Translations under genes and position numbers: made by a program
Shown: positions 7,462 through 10,878 of the stretch, piece by piece
Layout: the number at the start of each line of letters is the position of its first letter
Numbering within the stretch: the first letter of the stretch is position 1
The notes under the pieces: model-generated
What the model was told of the DNA's origin: nothing
Seen by the model: only the letters and a program-made list of their open reading frames with translations
Database searches by the model: none
Assembly: GCA_033442325.1 (NCBI GenBank)
Contig: JAWQFM010000030.1
Location: 360,918-371,795, forward strand
Reading direction: 5' to 3'
DNA: 10,878 nucleotides
Source of the DNA: Salpingoeca rosetta
Taxonomy: Eukaryota; Protista; Choanoflagellata

Positions 7462-10400
7462 CTCCCCCTCAACTGCCTTCCTCTGTTCCGTCTCAGCCGT
7501 CGATGTTCCCACCAGTCGTGGCAGGTGCTGCTCGAAGGTCTGCTTGTCCAGTGCCTTGATCAGCGCGTCGGCAACCATCTGCGTGCCTGGACAGTGCTGC
7601 AGCACAATGGTTCCGTCGGCGATGAGCTCCCGCACGAAGTGGTGGCGTACCCGGATGTGCTTCGTGCGCGGCTTGGTGACGTGGTCGTTACCGATGGCGA
7701 TGGCCGCCTGGTTATCTGTCAGCATCTTGGTGGCTCCAGCCTCGGGCTCGTCGAGGTCCATGAGCAGCTGCCGCAGGAAGACGACGTCCTGCGCTGCTGC
7801 GGAGACGGCCATGTACTCGGCCTCAGCGGTGCTCAGCGCAACCGTGGGTTGCAGCCGGCTGCTCCAAGACACAAGACAGCCGTTGATGTAGCAGGTGAAG
7901 CCCGTCGTGGAGCGGCCCGTCAGCTGGTCCGTGCCGAAGCTGGCATCGCTGTAGCACACCAGGTCCAGCGGTTGGTCCTTGCGCGTGCCGCTGCGTCGCT
8001 TGAAGAGGAGGCCGTGCTCGCTCGTCGCCTTCAGGTACCGCACGACGTGCTTGGCTGCCTGCCAGTGGACCGTCGTGTAACGGTCCATGTAACGGCAGAG
8101 CAGTCCGCACGCGAAGCTGACGTCTGGTCTCGTGCGGTTGGCCAGGTACAGGAGCGAACCCACGAGGTTGCGGAAAGGCAGGCGTCGGTCGGGCTGCTCG
8201 CTGATGATGAGGTCGTCGACGTACGTGATGATCCATGTGCGCTGTCCGTCGTCGTGGAGCTTGGTGAAGAGGCAAGCGTCGACATTGCTCTGCGCCCANN
8301 NNNNNNNNNNNNNNNNNNNNNNNNNNNNNNNNNNNNNNNNNNNNNNNNNNNNNNNNNNNNNNNNNNNNNNNNNNNNNNNNNNNNNNNNNNNNNNNNNNGC
8401 GGCTTGAGCAGCCGGCACACCTTGCCCGCGTAGCGTTGGGCGCCGTCGCCGATGTCGGTGAAGTGCGGCGGCAGCTCCATGTACAGCTCCTCCTTGAGAT
8501 CAGCCTGCAGGTAAGCCGACTTGAAGTCGAGCTGGTGCAGCTGGTGCTGTCGTTGCAGGGAGACGGCGAGCACAGTGAGGATGGTCTTGGCTGCTGGTGT
8601 TGGGGCGTAGGTCTGGTCGAAGTCGATGCCCGGTCGTTGGCTGAAGCCCTTGGCGACCCAGCGTGCCTTGAAGCGCGTCGGCGCGCCCTCAGCATCACGC
8701 TTCACCTTGAAGACGAAGCGTGACTTGAGAGGCGTGTGCTGCCGTGGCACGGCGCTGCGTGGGATGAGCTTGATGACGCCGTTGCGCTCCATGGCCCCGA
8801 TCTCCTCCAAGCATGCCTGAGTCCACTGCTTGTGTTGCTGGCTCTTGAGTGCCTGCTTGATGCTTGCAGGCTCCGTGAGGCTGGTGTCGCCACTGCTGCT
8901 TGCTGTGAACGCGCCTGCCTCCGTGTCGCTTGCATCTGTTGTGTCTGGATCGTAGTTGGCGTCGTTGGTGTCGCTGCTGCTGTCGGCGTCAAAGTCCGTG
9001 AGCAGGAAGTCTGTCTCGACATCCTCGTCCTGGTCCTCGTCGATGTGAACCGTTGGTGGCTCACCGTCAGTGGTGCTGTTGCTGCTGTCACGTGCACTGG
9101 GAAGCTGGAGCATGGACGATGTCGTGGATGTCTGCACTTGCTCCTCCCCCTCATCCACGACATCATCGGCCTTGGAGAAGGGAAGGAAGCGGACGTGGAT
9201 GGAGGACACAACGGTGTTTGTGTCTGCGAAGTAGACGAGGTGGCTGTTGCTGCTGCTGTTGTGGCCGACGTAGATGCCTCGACGACCCTTGGGCTGCAGG
9301 CGACCGCGCTGTGTGCTGATGTGGACGACGGCCGGCTGCCCGAAGACGTGCAGCTGTGGCACGTGCTTGGGCAGCGAGCCCGTGACAATTTGCAGCGGTG
9401 TCTTGCCGTGGAGGGAAGGGCGAGGCATGTTGTTGAGGATGTGCAGGGCGTGGTTGCAGGCGAGGCTCCAGTACGATGCGTCGAGGCCTGCACCCGTGAT
9501 CATGGCTCGCACCATGTCGGAGAGGGTGCGCACCTGTCGCTCGACGATGCCGTTCTGCGCCTGGGTGTACGGCGGGGACTGCTGGTGCTGCTTCAGGTGC
9601 TTCTTGACGATGGCCTGGAAGTCAGCTCCGAGGAAGATGGCATCGGAATCCGTCTGGAGTGCTGTTGTTGTGGGCGAGATGGGGAGCTTGGTCTCGCGCA
9701 GGAAAGACTGGAACGCGGCAACTGCGTCCTTCTTGGCGTTGAGATGGACTGCATGCAGGAGCTTGCTTCCCTCATCGACGATGACGAGGCTGTAGCGCTT
9801 GCCCGTGGGTGAGTCCGCGGTCCAGTCGACGATGTCGGCGTGGATGCGCTCGCCGGGCACCTGTGTGCGCTCCGCGTGCTTGCTGACGCTGTGACGAGTG
9901 CTCTTGGTCACTGCGCACGTTGTACACTGCTTGCTGCTGATGGCGTTGCAATCATCGATGCCCATCAGCTTGCAGTACTGCTGCACGTCGTTGTCGTTGC
10001 GGTGGCCAAGTACCTCATGCATCGATGGTGTCTGCGCCTTGCTCTGGGCTGCAGGAGCTGCTGTGGGTTGCTGTGGTTGCTTGCAGGCATCGGCAGTGAG
10101 ACCGTGTGCCGTGGATGGACCAACAGCAACAATGGGCCAGCATCGGAGGCTGCTGCGCTCCTTCAGCTTGACCTCGGCTCCGTGGCTGAAGCGCACGTAG
10201 TGCCCATCAGCGCCATCACGCTGCGAGTGGCCCGTTGGCCTGCCGCTACTGTCCCTAGTCAGACGACCGAGGGCGATGAGGTTGGCCTGGCCCTCGGGCA
10301 CGTAGAGGCACTCCTGTAGCACAATCTGCATCGTAGCTCCGCTCGTCGTGCGTGCATGCAACAGCACAGAGCCAACACCGCGCACGGGCACACGTGTGCC

Positions 10401-10878
10401 GCCAAACGCAGTGATGTGGCGTGGATGGTGCTGTTGCAGGTGCGGTGTCAGCTCCACGAAGGCGTCCTTGACGAAGGTGAGGTGGTGTGAAGCACCCGTG
10501 TCTGCAAGCCACGTGAGTGGGTCATGCAGCTGCGTGGGTGTAGTAGCTGTGGCAGCGACGAAGGTTGCTGCGTCTTGACCATGTTGATGCTGTGCCTGTG
10601 CAGTGAAGCCTGTTGCTCCGTTGTCGCGTTGCTTCTTGCGACACTCTGCTGCACGGTGTCCATACTTGCCACAGTAGTGACAGTTGCCACGGAAGCGGCG
10701 CCCTTTGCCGTTGCTGTTGCCGTTGCTGTTGCCATTGTTGCGTCCCTGGCGTCCGTGGTTGTTGCTGTTGTTGGAGAAGCCGCGTCTTCTACCTCTGCGT
10801 GGCGGTGCGCTTGCCATGAAGCCGCCTGCCTGCGGCTGTGTGCGTGAACACGCATCTGCTGCTCCAACTGCTGCAGCC
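7456..10878 (-). CDS. pol: Copia Gag-Pol polyprotein (family B), 5'-partial; spans a 100-N gap, with an in-frame RT deletion near 8188 and a frameshift near 10845
   Basis: CHYCGKYGHRAAEC knuckle; WLADTGASHH protease; HEVLGH...CTTC; HADIV / IVDEGS / QTDSD / NGIVERQVR integrase; KARWVAKGFSQ, QLDFKSAYL, YVDDLII RT; YSDASF, STAEAEY, DNQAAI, RTKHI, MVADALIK RNase H. The stop TGA at 7458-7456 lies just inside the LTR. Confidence 0.95.
7462..7470 (-). promoter_or_regulatory. Polypurine tract (PPT), family B
   Basis: Minus strand GAGGGGGAG immediately before TGTTG. Confidence 0.88.
8299..8398. other. Assembly gap (100 N, probably an unknown-size placeholder)
   Basis: Exactly 100 N, located where the RT LYGLKQ motif is expected. 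Confidence 0.97.

Larger units (their letters stand above)
6920..10878 (-). mobile_element. Ty1/copia family B, copy B2: gag 3' end, pol, PPT and 3' LTR; 5' part lies outside the window
   Basis: Domain order CCHC-PR-IN-RT-RH, then PPT and LTR. Confidence 0.96.

Noticed and set aside
8031-8433. Frameshift within family B RT and the alternative ORF tails
   Set aside because: Caused by the 100-N placeholder gap, whose length is arbitrary.
7525-10847. Plus-strand ORFs antisense to family B pol (for example 7525-8433 and 8736-9812)
   Set aside because: Shadow ORFs expected from GC-rich codon bias; no recognisable motifs.

Overview
This is eukaryotic, GC-rich draft-assembly sequence with two N gaps (2604-3142 and 8299-8398). 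It is almost entirely a nest of Ty1/copia LTR retrotransposons from two distinct families, called A (+ strand) and B (- strand) here. In order: a disrupted Cys-rich (TNFR-like) repeat gene (1-909) is fused in frame to a 5'-truncated family A pol (910-2603). A second family A copy (3143-4345) has lost RT/RNase H but keeps its PPT and 3' LTR. Then come a family B 5' fragment (LTR part, PBS, gag; 4346-5365, minus), a family A 5' fragment (LTR, PBS, gag; 5363-6919, plus) and a family B gag-end/pol/PPT/3' LTR (6920-10878, minus). No copy is intact within the window. Both families share a 16-nt PBS complementary to a tRNA-Met anticodon arm (half-tRNA priming). The pieces form a nearly two-fold symmetric arrangement around a back-to-back hybrid LTR at about 5360. 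The sequence style resembles a choanoflagellate such as Salpingoeca, which is an unverified impression. I see no clear new biological system; the best leads are the host-repeat/integrase fusion, the bidirectional hybrid LTR with reciprocal nesting, and the elongator-type half-tRNA PBS.
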